The notes below the pieces were generated by a model. That model saw only the letters and a program-made list of their open reading frames with translations. It made no database searches and was not told the origin of the DNA. Shown in pieces: positions 19,111 through 28,797 of a DNA stretch of 38,126 nt. This stretch comes from Rhodospirillaceae bacterium. Its GTDB lineage: Bacteria > Pseudomonadota > Alphaproteobacteria > Rhodospirillales > Rhodospirillaceae. The stretch covers positions 1 through 38,126 of the forward strand of contig JAFGWD010000285.1 of the NCBI GenBank assembly GCA_016937315.1. Reading direction: 5' to 3'. Positions within the stretch are counted from its first letter, which is position 1. The number at the start of each line of letters is the position of its first letter. The position numbers were made by a program, and so were the translations under genes.

Positions 19111-19659
19111 ATGTTTCTCTCATCCCCTATAAGAACGCCACGATTAACCCTCCGCAATCTATCTGAGGACGACGCAGGGCACGTCTACCTAGGGTGGATG
19201 CAAGACCCCAATATCCTTCGCCACCTAGAAATCCGCCATTCACAACCACAGACAAAAGCTTCTTTGACTTCATTCATCTCGACAACCAACAAATCTGCAG
19301 ACACGCTTTTGCTTGGCATCTTCCTGCGCGAAACAGGGCAGCACATTGGCAACATCAAACTAGGTCCAATTGATCCTTACAACCGACGCGCAGACATCGG
19401 CTTTTTAATAGGTGAGCGATCCTGTTGGGGAAAAGGCTATGCCAGCGAAGCCATCCAAGCCACGGCGCGTCATGGTATTCAGTCGTATAAATTACATAAG
19501 GTCACGGCAGGCTGCTACGCCTCCAATATTGGATCAAAAGGTGCTCTTACCAAAGCCGGGTTCGCGAATGAGGCCACTCTTCGTGAGCACTGGTTCATGG
19601 GCGACCACTTTGATGACCACTATTACTTTACATTTATAGACCCAGGATCCACCCCATGA
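19111..19659 (+). CDS. GNAT N-acyltransferase (RimJ/RimL type)
   Basis: RLTLRNL, HIGNIKLGPID, WGKGYASEAI, NIGS...KAGF. Confidence 0.88.
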   Translation: MFLSSPIRTPRLTLRNLSEDDAGHVYLGWMQDPNILRHLEIRHSQPQTKASLTSFISTTNKSADTLLLGIFLRETGQHIGNIKLGPIDPYNRRADIGFLIGERSCWGKGYASEAIQATARHGIQSYKLHKVTAGCYASNIGSKGALTKAGFANEATLREHWFMGDHFDDHYYFTFIDPGSTP

Positions 19660-20420
19660 CCGCCCCACGTTGTATTGGCATTCTTCAGGCACGAGTTAGC
19701 TCAACCCGTCTCCCCGGAAAGGTGTTGAAGCCTCTTTTGGGCACGCCTATGCTCATCCGCCAAACTGAGCGCCTGCAACACAGCCAGGAGTTGGACGATC
19801 TCATTGTTGCAACCAGCATAAACCCGGCGGACCAAGCGATCGTCGATTTGTGTACCAGACATGGCATCACCTGCTCCCGTGGCAATCTACATGACGTTCT
19901 GGACCGCATGCACAGCGCAGCCTTAGCTGCAGAAGCTGATGTCATAGTGCGTCTCACTGGAGACTGTCCACTCACTGACCCCACCGTAATTGACCTCGTC
20001 ATCCAACGTTTCTTTGCCTCCCCGTGCGACTATGCCTCCAACACGTTATGCCCCACCTTCCCCGATGGACTGGATGTGGAAGTCATGACATTTGCAGCGC
20101 TAGACCGCGCATGGAAAGAAGCCCGACTGCCTTCTGAGCGAGAGCACGTCACACCTTACATTTACAAACATCCCGATGTTTTCTCTCTGCAAAGCATAAC
20201 GCAATCGCCCGATCTGTCGGCACTACGTTGGACTGTTGATGACCCTGCCGACTTCTCCCTTGTCGAAAGCATCTATGAGGCCCTCTACCCCACGAACCCA
20301 TATTTTTCCATGGGCGATATCCTTGGTCTTTTGGAACAACGTCCAGATATTGCCACCCTTGGAAGTAAAGCAACCCGCAATGAAGGCTATACCGCGTCTT
20401 TACGCCACGACAACATCTAG
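19656..20420 (+). CDS. SpsF/FlmC-type cytidylyltransferase (probable CMP-pseudaminate synthetase, PseF role)
   Basis: QARVSSTRLPGKVL, VATS, DVLDR, VRLTGDCPLTDP, PDGLDVEV, EREHVTPYI, RWTVDDPAD. Confidence 0.87.
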   Translation: MTAPRCIGILQARVSSTRLPGKVLKPLLGTPMLIRQTERLQHSQELDDLIVATSINPADQAIVDLCTRHGITCSRGNLHDVLDRMHSAALAAEADVIVRLTGDCPLTDPTVIDLVIQRFFASPCDYASNTLCPTFPDGLDVEVMTFAALDRAWKEARLPSEREHVTPYIYKHPDVFSLQSITQSPDLSALRWTVDDPADFSLVESIYEALYPTNPYFSMGDILGLLEQRPDIATLGSKATRNEGYTASLRHDNI

Positions 20421-20443
20421 CCTTCCCATCAGGACAGTCTAAA

Positions 20444-21733
20444 TTGTCAAGCCGTTACCATAACTCTGAAGTCATGCTTGATCGTGCTCTTAAATCGATC
20501 CCCCTAGGCAGCCAGACCTTCAGCAAATCCATCACACAACTTCCACTCGGGGCCGCTCCATTCTTTGCTCGTCATGCAAAAGGCAGCCGTCTGTGGGATG
20601 TTGATGATAATGAATACCTTGATTTCGTTGGAGGCCTCTGCGCTATCAATCTCGGGTATGGTGATCCTGACGTTAACTCTGCTGTGCGCACACAGCTGGA
20701 AGACGGCGTGATCTTTACTTTGGCCCATCCCTTGGAGCACCAAGTCGCAGAACTTATCATTGATATGGTTCCTTGCGCCGAGATGGTCCGTTTTGGAAAG
20801 AATGGCTCTGATGCAACGTCTGGGGCCATACGCGTTGCACGCGCCTTCACCAAACGGGACCGTGTCGCTGTCTGCGGATACCACGGGTGGCAAGACTGGT
20901 ACATCGGCAGCACGTCTTGCAATCTAGGTGTACCAGAAGCGACTTCAGCCCTAACATATACTTTCCCCTACAATGACTCGGCGGCACTGGACAGCCTCCT
21001 CTCCAAACACTCAGGCGAGTTTGCCGCAGTGATTATGGAGCCCATGAATATCACAGCCCCTTTGCCCAACTATCTCGCTGAGGTCAAAGACATCACGCAT
21101 CGCCACGGTGCCGTACTGATCTTCGACGAAACCATCACGGGTTTCCGTTATGGAAACGGTGGTGCACAAGCCTTGTTCGGCGTCACACCCGACCTCGCAA
21201 CCTTCGGCAAGGGAATGGCCAACGGTTTCCCTGTTTCTGCCGTAGCCGGACGCGCCGACATTATGTCTCTGATGGAAAAGGTATTCTTCTCATTCACTTT
21301 TGGGGGAGAAACACTTTCTTTGGCGGCAGCCCAGGCAACCTTACTCAAACTGCAAAGAACCAATGCAACTGACGTCATGGCAAGCCATGGCCAGATGATC
21401 CAAGACGGGCTAAGAAAACAGATTACATCTCATGGGTTAGACAACACACTATCTGTCGCAGGTCACCCCACATGGTCTTTCCTTGTCATGAAGGACACGC
21501 AGCCGTACACAACCTTCGATATAAAGACCTTGTATTTACAAGAAATGTTTAAGCGCGGAATACTGACCATAGGCACGCATAATATGTCTTATGCCCATAC
21601 CAAAGACGATGTCAGCCTTCTGCTGAGAGCCTGTGATGAGACCTTTTCTGTGCTGAAAGATGCCACAGAGAACAAATGCTTACACGACAAGCTAACCTGT
21701 CCCGTTTTGAAGCCGCTGTTTAAGGTCCGCTAA
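20444..21733 (+). CDS. Class III PLP aminotransferase (glutamate-1-semialdehyde aminomutase/KdnA-like fold)
   Basis: SQTFSKS, GSRLWDVDDNEYLD, KNGSDAT, GYHGWQDW, IFDETITGFR, PDLATFGKGMANG, SFTFGGE; TTG start. Confidence 0.9.
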   Translation: MSSRYHNSEVMLDRALKSIPLGSQTFSKSITQLPLGAAPFFARHAKGSRLWDVDDNEYLDFVGGLCAINLGYGDPDVNSAVRTQLEDGVIFTLAHPLEHQVAELIIDMVPCAEMVRFGKNGSDATSGAIRVARAFTKRDRVAVCGYHGWQDWYIGSTSCNLGVPEATSALTYTFPYNDSAALDSLLSKHSGEFAAVIMEPMNITAPLPNYLAEVKDITHRHGAVLIFDETITGFRYGNGGAQALFGVTPDLATFGKGMANGFPVSAVAGRADIMSLMEKVFFSFTFGGETLSLAAAQATLLKLQRTNATDVMASHGQMIQDGLRKQITSHGLDNTLSVAGHPTWSFLVMKDTQPYTTFDIKTLYLQEMFKRGILTIGTHNMSYAHTKDDVSLLLRACDETFSVLKDATENKCLHDKLTCPVLKPLFKVR

Positions 21734-21769
21734 CACCACCACAACAACCATCAACAGTTCCTGTTCATT

Positions 21770-23242
21770 ATGACACAACGCCACGCACGGTTCCGTTTTG
21801 ACGCCTCTTCATCCATAGGGTGCGGCCACGCTTATCGTTGCTTGGCTCTAGGGAAAAGACTCCAAGAGGCGGGCTGGGCCATAGACCTAGCAACCACCCC
21901 AGAAACCGCCGATATCATTAATCTTAGCGGATTCCGTGTCATTTCCGTCTCCGCCCCCTCTGACGCCGAAGCCACAGAAATTGGCACCGTCGGAGGGGCG
22001 GTTGATCTTCTGGTGGTTGACCACTATGGCCGCGACGCCAAATTTGAAACCGCTTGCCGTGGTTGGGCCAAGCAAATCATGGTCATTGACGACCTCGCCA
22101 ACCGACCTCACGACTGCGATATCCTTCTTGACCAGAATCTGGGACGCTCTGCTGCAGACTACACTGGCCTTGTCCCACCAGGCTGCAAGCTCCTGATCGG
22201 ACCCGATTTTGCCCTGCTCCGACCACAGTTTGCCCAAAGTCGCTTTTTTGGTGCCATGGGCGCCCACAACACCCTGAACCGTATTGTCGTTAGTCTGGGA
22301 GGAACCGACCCTCACGAACTGACCGGACGGGTTCTCCACAGCATCCACCGCACAGGGCTAAACTGCGATGTTGACGTTGTGACCGGGGCAAACGCTTCAC
22401 CTATAGAAATGCCAAGCCCGCAGTTCCGTGCACACCGGAATGTCACGGATATGGCACAGTTGCTAGCTAACGCCGATTTGGTCATCGGTGCGGGTGGCAC
22501 CAGCTCCTGGGAACGCTGTTGTCTTGGCCTGCCCACCGCACTGGTTGTAACCGCAGACAATCAGCGTGCCATAGCCGCAACCCTGTTTGCTCATGGCACA
22601 GCCACTTCTCTTGGCGACTGGACAAACCTAAGCGAAGACGGTGTTGCCGACACCCTAATCGCTCTGGCCTCAAACCCTCGCAGTTTGACGGACATGCGGA
22701 ACAAAGCAGGACAAATCTGCGACGGCCTGGGCCTTGATAGAGTTCTGGGGGCCATCAAACCCCAAACTCTCGACACTGGTGAGGTGGTCCACCTTCGCAA
22801 GGTTCAGGATACCGATTGCGACACCCTTTTGGCTTGGCAACAGGAACCTGGCGCACGCGCCTATATGCGGAACCCAACGCCACCTCAGGAGGACGAACAC
22901 CAAAACTGGTTCCGCACCACCCGCAACACGCCACGCATCAGTCTGAATATCATTATGGTTAATGGCCAACCCTGTGGCGTTGTACGAGCGGACGCCGACC
23001 CCACGTCACAGACTTTCGAGATTTCGATCCTCGTTTCCTCCGCCACACAGAGCCGTGGCGTGGGGACTGCGGCCTTGATCCTGATTTCTCAACTCATTCC
23101 ATGGGCAACACTCATCGCGGAAATTCATCCAGATAACGTGCGTTCCCGTATCGCCTTTGAACGAGCTGGGTTTGCGCCATACGGCCCCGGTCTCTACCGC
23201 CACGACGCAAAGGGCTCTCTTGGCGACGTCCCCTCCTGTTAA
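21770..23242 (+). CDS. pseG: UDP-2,4-diacetamido-2,4,6-trideoxy-beta-L-altropyranose hydrolase PseG fused to a C-terminal PseH-like GNAT domain
   Basis: RFDASSSIGCGHAYRC (catalytic His), VVDHY, IDDLANR, LLDQN, LGGTD, AGGTSSWERC, ADNQ; C-terminal HLRKV...EHQNWF...GRGVG-like SRGVG...NVRSRIAFERAGF. Confidence 0.9.
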   Translation: MTQRHARFRFDASSSIGCGHAYRCLALGKRLQEAGWAIDLATTPETADIINLSGFRVISVSAPSDAEATEIGTVGGAVDLLVVDHYGRDAKFETACRGWAKQIMVIDDLANRPHDCDILLDQNLGRSAADYTGLVPPGCKLLIGPDFALLRPQFAQSRFFGAMGAHNTLNRIVVSLGGTDPHELTGRVLHSIHRTGLNCDVDVVTGANASPIEMPSPQFRAHRNVTDMAQLLANADLVIGAGGTSSWERCCLGLPTALVVTADNQRAIAATLFAHGTATSLGDWTNLSEDGVADTLIALASNPRSLTDMRNKAGQICDGLGLDRVLGAIKPQTLDTGEVVHLRKVQDTDCDTLLAWQQEPGARAYMRNPTPPQEDEHQNWFRTTRNTPRISLNIIMVNGQPCGVVRADADPTSQTFEISILVSSATQSRGVGTAALILISQLIPWATLIAEIHPDNVRSRIAFERAGFAPYGPGLYRHDAKGSLGDVPSC

Positions 23243-23270
23243 GCTCCCTTTCAACAGCAAGGCCCATGCC

Positions 23271-23972
23271 GTGAACGCCCAATCCCAAACCATTCTGGTA
23301 GTCGCAGCCCATGCCGATGACGAAGTCTTGGGATGTGGAGCAACCATGGCGAAGCATGCCATCAACGGAGACACCGTACATATTCTGATCTTGGCTGATG
23401 GTGTCACGGCACGGGACGACCACTATGCACCAAAGACACGACACAGCGAAATTGCTGCCCGAGAAGACGCGGCACGCAACGCCGCTCTATGTCTAGGGGC
23501 CTGCACACCAACCTTCTGTAATTTTCCCGACAACCGCTGTGACACGGTGCCCTTTCTGGACATTGTGAAGGCTGTCGAGGCAAGGATTGCCACAATCCAA
23601 CCCGACATCATTTACTGTCATCACGGCAACGACCTGAATATTGACCACCGCATCGTCCACAATGCGGTTCTCACCGCTTGTCGCCCATTAAAGGAAAGCA
23701 CTGTTCGGGCGATTTATGCCTTTGAGACCGCATCCAGCACGGAATGGGAGCCCACACACGCCGGGCAACTCTTCCGACCAACGCGTTTTGTCGATATCAG
23801 CGCACATACCACAGCAAAGCTCACCGCGCTCCAAGCCTACGACATAGAGATGCGGCCTTTTCCACATCCCCGCTCTGCACAAGCGTTAGAAGCTCAATGG
23901 ATGATGCGCGGAGCCCAATCAGGCATGAATGCCGCTGAAGCCTATGTTGTGATTAGGGAACGGGTCCTGTGA
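23271..23972 (+). CDS. PIG-L/LmbE-family Zn-dependent N-deacetylase
   Basis: VAAHADDEVLGCG, FPDN, HHGNDLNIDH, KLTALQAY..EMRPFPHPRS, AEAY. GTG 23271 preferred to 23157. Confidence 0.88.
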   Translation: MNAQSQTILVVAAHADDEVLGCGATMAKHAINGDTVHILILADGVTARDDHYAPKTRHSEIAAREDAARNAALCLGACTPTFCNFPDNRCDTVPFLDIVKAVEARIATIQPDIIYCHHGNDLNIDHRIVHNAVLTACRPLKESTVRAIYAFETASSTEWEPTHAGQLFRPTRFVDISAHTTAKLTALQAYDIEMRPFPHPRSAQALEAQWMMRGAQSGMNAAEAYVVIRERVL

Positions 23973-24676
23973 TGACGACCTATCTTGTCGCGACGACAAA
24001 ACCTTGGAACATCTCCGCCTTTCATCGCTGTGTTCCCAATCTGCCCGGCGATTGGCATTTGTGTACGCACCCAGAAGATTTAACCACTGAGACCATCGAG
24101 AAGCTCCAACCACGCTACATCTTCTTCCCTCACTGGTCATGGCTGGTTGGTCAAGAAATTCTGGCCCGCGCCGAATGTGTCTGCTTTCATGCGTCCGACG
24201 TTCCCTATGGCCGTGGAGGTTCCCCAATCCAGAATCTGATTGTGCGCGGCCATGCCGAAACCCAGATCTCTGCCCTTCGCATGACACGAGAATTAGATGC
24301 CGGGCCAATATACATGAAACACCCTCTCAGCCTACGGGGGCGGGGGCAGGCAATTTTCGAAAACATGGCGGAACTGATCTGGAAAATGATCGCCCGCATA
24401 GTGGCGACAGAACCCACAGCACAACCACAAAACGGCGATGTCGTCGTCTTTCCACGCAGAACGCCAGCGCAAGGCGCCCTGCCTAACACCGGCGATCTGC
24501 AAAATCTTTATGACCACATCCGCATGCTTGATGCTGATACCTATCCCCCGGCTTTTTTGGACCATGGGGCCTTTCGCCTAGAGTTTAGCCATGCTGAACT
24601 TGAAAACGGCACCCTGACAGCACAGGTCGTCCTGCGTTGCCAGGCACCGAAATCAACCGGAGAGACCTCATCATGA
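23969..24676 (+). CDS. N10-formyl-THF-dependent sugar N-formyltransferase (Fmt-like)
   Basis: [44 protein letters not shown]; coupled to the deacetylase and to pseI. Confidence 0.82.
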   Translation: MMTTYLVATTKPWNISAFHRCVPNLPGDWHLCTHPEDLTTETIEKLQPRYIFFPHWSWLVGQEILARAECVCFHASDVPYGRGGSPIQNLIVRGHAETQISALRMTRELDAGPIYMKHPLSLRGRGQAIFENMAELIWKMIARIVATEPTAQPQNGDVVVFPRRTPAQGALPNTGDLQNLYDHIRMLDADTYPPAFLDHGAFRLEFSHAELENGTLTAQVVLRCQAPKSTGETSS

Positions 24677-25752
24677 CGGCTTCCAGTTTTTCCATCGCAG
24701 GGCGAGCCATTGGCACCGGTCACCCGCCTTATGTGATTGCCGAACTCTCAGGCAACCATAATGGTGATCTCAACCGCGCCCTGGCCCTGGTTGACGCAGC
24801 ACATGCGGCAGGTGTCGATGCCATCAAGTTGCAAACATATACCGCCGATACCATGACCATCGACTGCGACAAGCCCGAGTTCATGATTAAAGGCGGCCTG
24901 TGGGATGGCTACAAACTCTATGCCCTGTATGAGGAAGCCTACACCCCTTGGGCATGGCATCCTGCCCTGTTTGCCCGTGGGCACGAACTAGGGGTGCACG
25001 TCTTCAGCACTCCATTTGATGCCAGTGCCGTGGATTTTCTGGAAGGGCTTGATGTCCCAGCTTATAAGATCGCCTCATTTGAGCTGACTGACGTGCCACT
25101 GATCCGTAAAGTTGCCGCCACCGGAAAACCAATGATCATGTCCACCGGCATGGCAAGCCTTGACGAAATTCAGCAAGCCGTCACTACCGCCCGAGATGCC
25201 GGTTGTCAGGACATCTGCCTGCTCTATTGCGTTTCCGGCTACCCAACACCGGTTTCCGACGCCAACCTTCTTACCCTGCCGGAGTTAGGCAAGGCACTGG
25301 GCGTCGTCACTGGATTTTCTGATCATGCACCAGGAACGGCGGTCTCCGTATCTGCTGTAGCTCTTGGCGCAGCCGTCATCGAAAAGCACTTCACCCTTGC
25401 CCGCGCCGATGGTGGACCGGACGCAGCCTTTTCTCTGGAGCCTGACGAATTGGCTGCGCTGTGCCGCGACTGCCGCATCGCATGGGAAGCTCTTGGCTCC
25501 GCCGGATTCCGCCGTAAGGCGAGTGAAACGGCCAACGTAATTTTTCGCCGTTCTCTTTATGCCGTGAAAGATATTGCTGCAGGAGAACTCTTGACGGCAG
25601 AAAACGTCCGAGTGATCCGGCCTGGTTATGGCCTGCCACCAAAGGATCTTCCCAACGTTCTTGGCCGCATTGCTATACGCGCTATTGTTCGCGGGACAGC
25701 CCTACACGCCGAGATGATCGGCGATACACCCAAATCCACGAGGTTAAGTTAA
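24673..25752 (+). CDS. pseI: Pseudaminic acid synthase PseI (NeuB family with SAF domain)
   Basis: [72 protein letters not shown]. Confidence 0.93.
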   Translation: MTASSFSIAGRAIGTGHPPYVIAELSGNHNGDLNRALALVDAAHAAGVDAIKLQTYTADTMTIDCDKPEFMIKGGLWDGYKLYALYEEAYTPWAWHPALFARGHELGVHVFSTPFDASAVDFLEGLDVPAYKIASFELTDVPLIRKVAATGKPMIMSTGMASLDEIQQAVTTARDAGCQDICLLYCVSGYPTPVSDANLLTLPELGKALGVVTGFSDHAPGTAVSVSAVALGAAVIEKHFTLARADGGPDAAFSLEPDELAALCRDCRIAWEALGSAGFRRKASETANVIFRRSLYAVKDIAAGELLTAENVRVIRPGYGLPPKDLPNVLGRIAIRAIVRGTALHAEMIGDTPKSTRLS

Positions 25753-27020
25753 TGAACACCCTGGCCTTGTTTGGCGGCACTCCTGCTCTGACCCAACCGC
25801 TTACCCCTTATCGCTCCACAGGAAAGGAGGAAGAGGAGGCGGTCATACGCACCATGAGATCAGGAACTTTGTCGGGTTTTTTCGGGTCGTGGGGAGAAGA
25901 ATTCCACGGTGGACCGGAAGTTCGTGCGTTTGAAAAGGCCTGGGCACACCGTTTTACCTGTAAACATGCGATTACCGTCAATTCCAACACCTCCGGCCTG
26001 ATTGCCGCCATGGGTGCCATTGGCACCAGCCCCGGTGATGAGATTATCGTCCCTCCATTCAGTATGTCCGCCACCGTGATGGCCCCGCTGATTTACGGTG
26101 GCATCCCGGTCTTCGTAGACCTGGAGCCGGAGACTTTCTGCCTGGACCCAGATAAGGTTCGCGCTGCCATCACACCGAAGACCCGGGCTATTCTTGCTGT
26201 CAACATGTTCGGCCACCCAGCAGCCTTGCACGAACTGCGATCTCTCGCCGACGAAAAAGGCATTTACCTGATCGAAGATGCTGCGCAGTCTCCGTTAGCA
26301 ATGGAAAATGGGCGTTATGCCGGAACCATCGGCCACATCGGGATCTTCAGCCTGAACTACCACAAGCATATTCATACCGGCGAAGGTGGCGTCTGCTGCA
26401 CCAATGACGATGACTTAGCCAAACGGCTGTGCGCCATCCGCAACCACGGTGAAAATGTCGTTGAACCAATGGGTATTCGCGATATCACGAATATGGTTGG
26501 CTTCAACTTCCGCCTCACCGAGTTGCAAGCCGCAATAGGGATTGAGCAACTCAAGAAAATCGACGCACTCGTCGATGCACGCGAGGCCATCGCACATCGC
26601 CTATCTGAAGCCACACACAACCTCCCTGGGCTCGCCCCCCCCGTCGTCCGCGCAGGGTGCAGACACGTCCATTACGTTTGGATGGCACGCTACAACGCCA
26701 CACAGACAGGGGTCCCGCGCAAAGACGTCATTGCTGCATTAAATGCCGAGGGCGTGCCCGCGTATGAAGGATATCTGGAGCCCCTTTACATGCTGCCCGT
26801 GTTCCAACGCCGTCACGCTATTGGTCGTGATGGTTGGCCCTTTACCCTAAGTGACCGCGCCTATGCTCCTGGACTGTGTCCAATCGCCGAGCGTCTACAG
26901 CACAATGAAATTATTGCCTTTGCCGTCTGCTCTTATCAACTGAACCTCAGTGAGCAGGATTCTGTTATTGCGGGATTTGAAAAGGTCTTCACCAATCTTA
27001 ACGCCCTGCGCAATAGATAA
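25752..27020 (+). CDS. DegT/DnrJ/EryC1/StrS-family PLP aminotransferase
   Basis: NSNTSGL, PGDEIIVP, IEDAAQS, FSLNYHKHIHTGEGG, RNHGE, GFNFRLTELQAA; TAATG overlap with pseI. Confidence 0.92.
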   Translation: MNTLALFGGTPALTQPLTPYRSTGKEEEEAVIRTMRSGTLSGFFGSWGEEFHGGPEVRAFEKAWAHRFTCKHAITVNSNTSGLIAAMGAIGTSPGDEIIVPPFSMSATVMAPLIYGGIPVFVDLEPETFCLDPDKVRAAITPKTRAILAVNMFGHPAALHELRSLADEKGIYLIEDAAQSPLAMENGRYAGTIGHIGIFSLNYHKHIHTGEGGVCCTNDDDLAKRLCAIRNHGENVVEPMGIRDITNMVGFNFRLTELQAAIGIEQLKKIDALVDAREAIAHRLSEATHNLPGLAPPVVRAGCRHVHYVWMARYNATQTGVPRKDVIAALNAEGVPAYEGYLEPLYMLPVFQRRHAIGRDGWPFTLSDRAYAPGLCPIAERLQHNEIIAFAVCSYQLNLSEQDSVIAGFEKVFTNLNALRNR

Positions 27021-27031
27021 GGACCCCGCCG

Positions 27032-27781
27032 ATGACTCAGCGTCGTGTCATTGCCAGCATTGAAGCACGTATGGGCTCATCCCGTTTACCAGGAAAAGTC
27101 CTTATGGACATCCATGGTCAACCCGCGCTTTGGCGGCTGGTTGACCGTCTACGCCAATGCCACACCCTTGATGATATCATCGTTGCAACATCAACGGCTC
27201 CTGGCGACGACGTCCTCGCCGATTGGTGCGCGAACAAAGGGATCGCCTGTTTCCGCGGGTCCGAAAATGACGTCTTGCAGCGCGTTGTCATGGCACAAAA
27301 ACATATGCGGTCCGATATTGTTGTAGAAATAACCGGTGACTGCCCGCTAACAGATCCAGAAATTATCGACCTGGGCGTTGAAACGTTCCTAACTAACGAT
27401 GTTGATGTGGTTTGCACCGTTGCGGGAACCGCCACGTGGCCAATGGGGCAAGACATCCAGGTTTATCCTCTCGTTTTGCTGGATTATGTGGAACGCACTG
27501 TCCACGACTTGGCCGTACGGGAGCATGTTTCCCTGCATTTCTATGAGAATCCAGACCGTTACCGCATACACAAGATGATTGCACCACGTTCCTGGCAGCG
27601 CCCAAACTGGCGTTTTCAGCTCGACTATGCGGAAGACCTTGCCTTTCTAAACGCAGTTTATGCCTCTTTGGAGCCCCTGCACGGCCCACACTTCGGCATG
27701 GCACACATCATGTCATTTCTGCACGACCATCCTGAAATCGTTGCCCTGAACATTTCCTGCGAAGAAAAGCCGACACGATGA
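27032..27781 (+). CDS. Second SpsF-type cytidylyltransferase
   Basis: IEARMGSSRLPGKVL, FRGSENDVLQR, VEITGDCPLTDP, REHVSLHF, LDYAED. Confidence 0.87.
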   Translation: MTQRRVIASIEARMGSSRLPGKVLMDIHGQPALWRLVDRLRQCHTLDDIIVATSTAPGDDVLADWCANKGIACFRGSENDVLQRVVMAQKHMRSDIVVEITGDCPLTDPEIIDLGVETFLTNDVDVVCTVAGTATWPMGQDIQVYPLVLLDYVERTVHDLAVREHVSLHFYENPDRYRIHKMIAPRSWQRPNWRFQLDYAEDLAFLNAVYASLEPLHGPHFGMAHIMSFLHDHPEIVALNISCEEKPTR

Positions 27782-28797
27782 CACGATGGAAGACGGCCTT
27801 GTTTGGATTCGGAAAGATTGGATCAGGCTTGGCCGATGATCCATTGATGGCGCTCCATTATCCCTATGCCACCCATGCCCAGGTTCTCCGTGACCACTCC
27901 GCGTTTGACTGGGTTGCTGTGGTTGACCCAACGGAAACAGCACGAACCTCGGCACTTAAACTCTGGCATGTTCCAGAAACAGCTGCCTCCGCTCATGCCC
28001 TGAGGTCAGCAAATGAAATCGAAGTTGCAATAATTGCAACACCTCCAGACAGCCGCCCCAATATCATTGGCTCTCTCCCAAATTTGAGAGCTGTCTTGGT
28101 AGAGAAACCTTTAGCGGCCACGCCTGCTGCTGCGGAGAATTTTCTTTCTCTGTGCGAAGCGCGGGGCATATCCGTCAATGTCTCACTTCCGCGTCGCCAT
28201 GATTATTCCTTGAGAGAACTGGCTGAAGGCCGTTTAGTTCAACAAATCGGCACGCCAATGGCAGCTTTTGCCGTATATGGAAATGGGCTGGCTAATAACG
28301 GCACCCACATGATTGATCTGATCCATTTGCTACTAGGAGACATCTGCAGCGTGCAGGCCATCGCAGGGAGCACGCCTTTCGTTGAAGGCCCCATTTCAGG
28401 GGATATCAATCTCCCTTTCACGTTAACACTCCAGTCCGGCATCGCCGCCATGGTCCATCCGGTGAAGTTTTCTTGCTATCGTGAAAATAGCCTGGATATC
28501 TGGGGGGAACGGGGCCGATTACAAATCCTGCGTGAAGGGCTGAGTTTTTTATATACGCCCGCAACAAAATCCCGAACCACCACGGGCGCAAATGAGATTG
28601 CTCATGACCAGGCATCCCTGACGACATCCAGCATCGGATGCGCCCTTTATAGCGTCTACGACAATCTCGACTGCGTATTGCGCGGCGGACAATCTCACTG
28701 TCCTGGCCACTTAGCCCTGAAAACCATGCGCATTGTCGATGCTATTCTCCGCTCTGCTGACGCGAATGGCACCGTTATACCTTGTGACGTAGCATGA
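27778..28797 (+). CDS. Gfo/Idh/MocA-family oxidoreductase
   Basis: LFGFGKIG, IATPP, LVEKPLA, NNGTHMIDL. Confidence 0.88.
   Translation: MTRWKTALFGFGKIGSGLADDPLMALHYPYATHAQVLRDHSAFDWVAVVDPTETARTSALKLWHVPETAASAHALRSANEIEVAIIATPPDSRPNIIGSLPNLRAVLVEKPLAATPAAAENFLSLCEARGISVNVSLPRRHDYSLRELAEGRLVQQIGTPMAAFAVYGNGLANNGTHMIDLIHLLLGDICSVQAIAGSTPFVEGPISGDINLPFTLTLQSGIAAMVHPVKFSCYRENSLDIWGERGRLQILREGLSFLYTPATKSRTTTGANEIAHDQASLTTSSIGCALYSVYDNLDCVLRGGQSHCPGHLALKTMRIVDAILRSADANGTVIPCDVA

Noticed and set aside
20444-21733. hemL (tetrapyrrole synthesis)
   Set aside because: Same fold, but it has SQTFSKS and YHGWQDW rather than HemL-type NSPVR and YHGH motifs, and it sits inside a pse operon.
23969-24676. Methionyl-tRNA formyltransferase fmt
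   Set aside because: Too short, no def neighbour, and coupled to a deacetylase and pseI.
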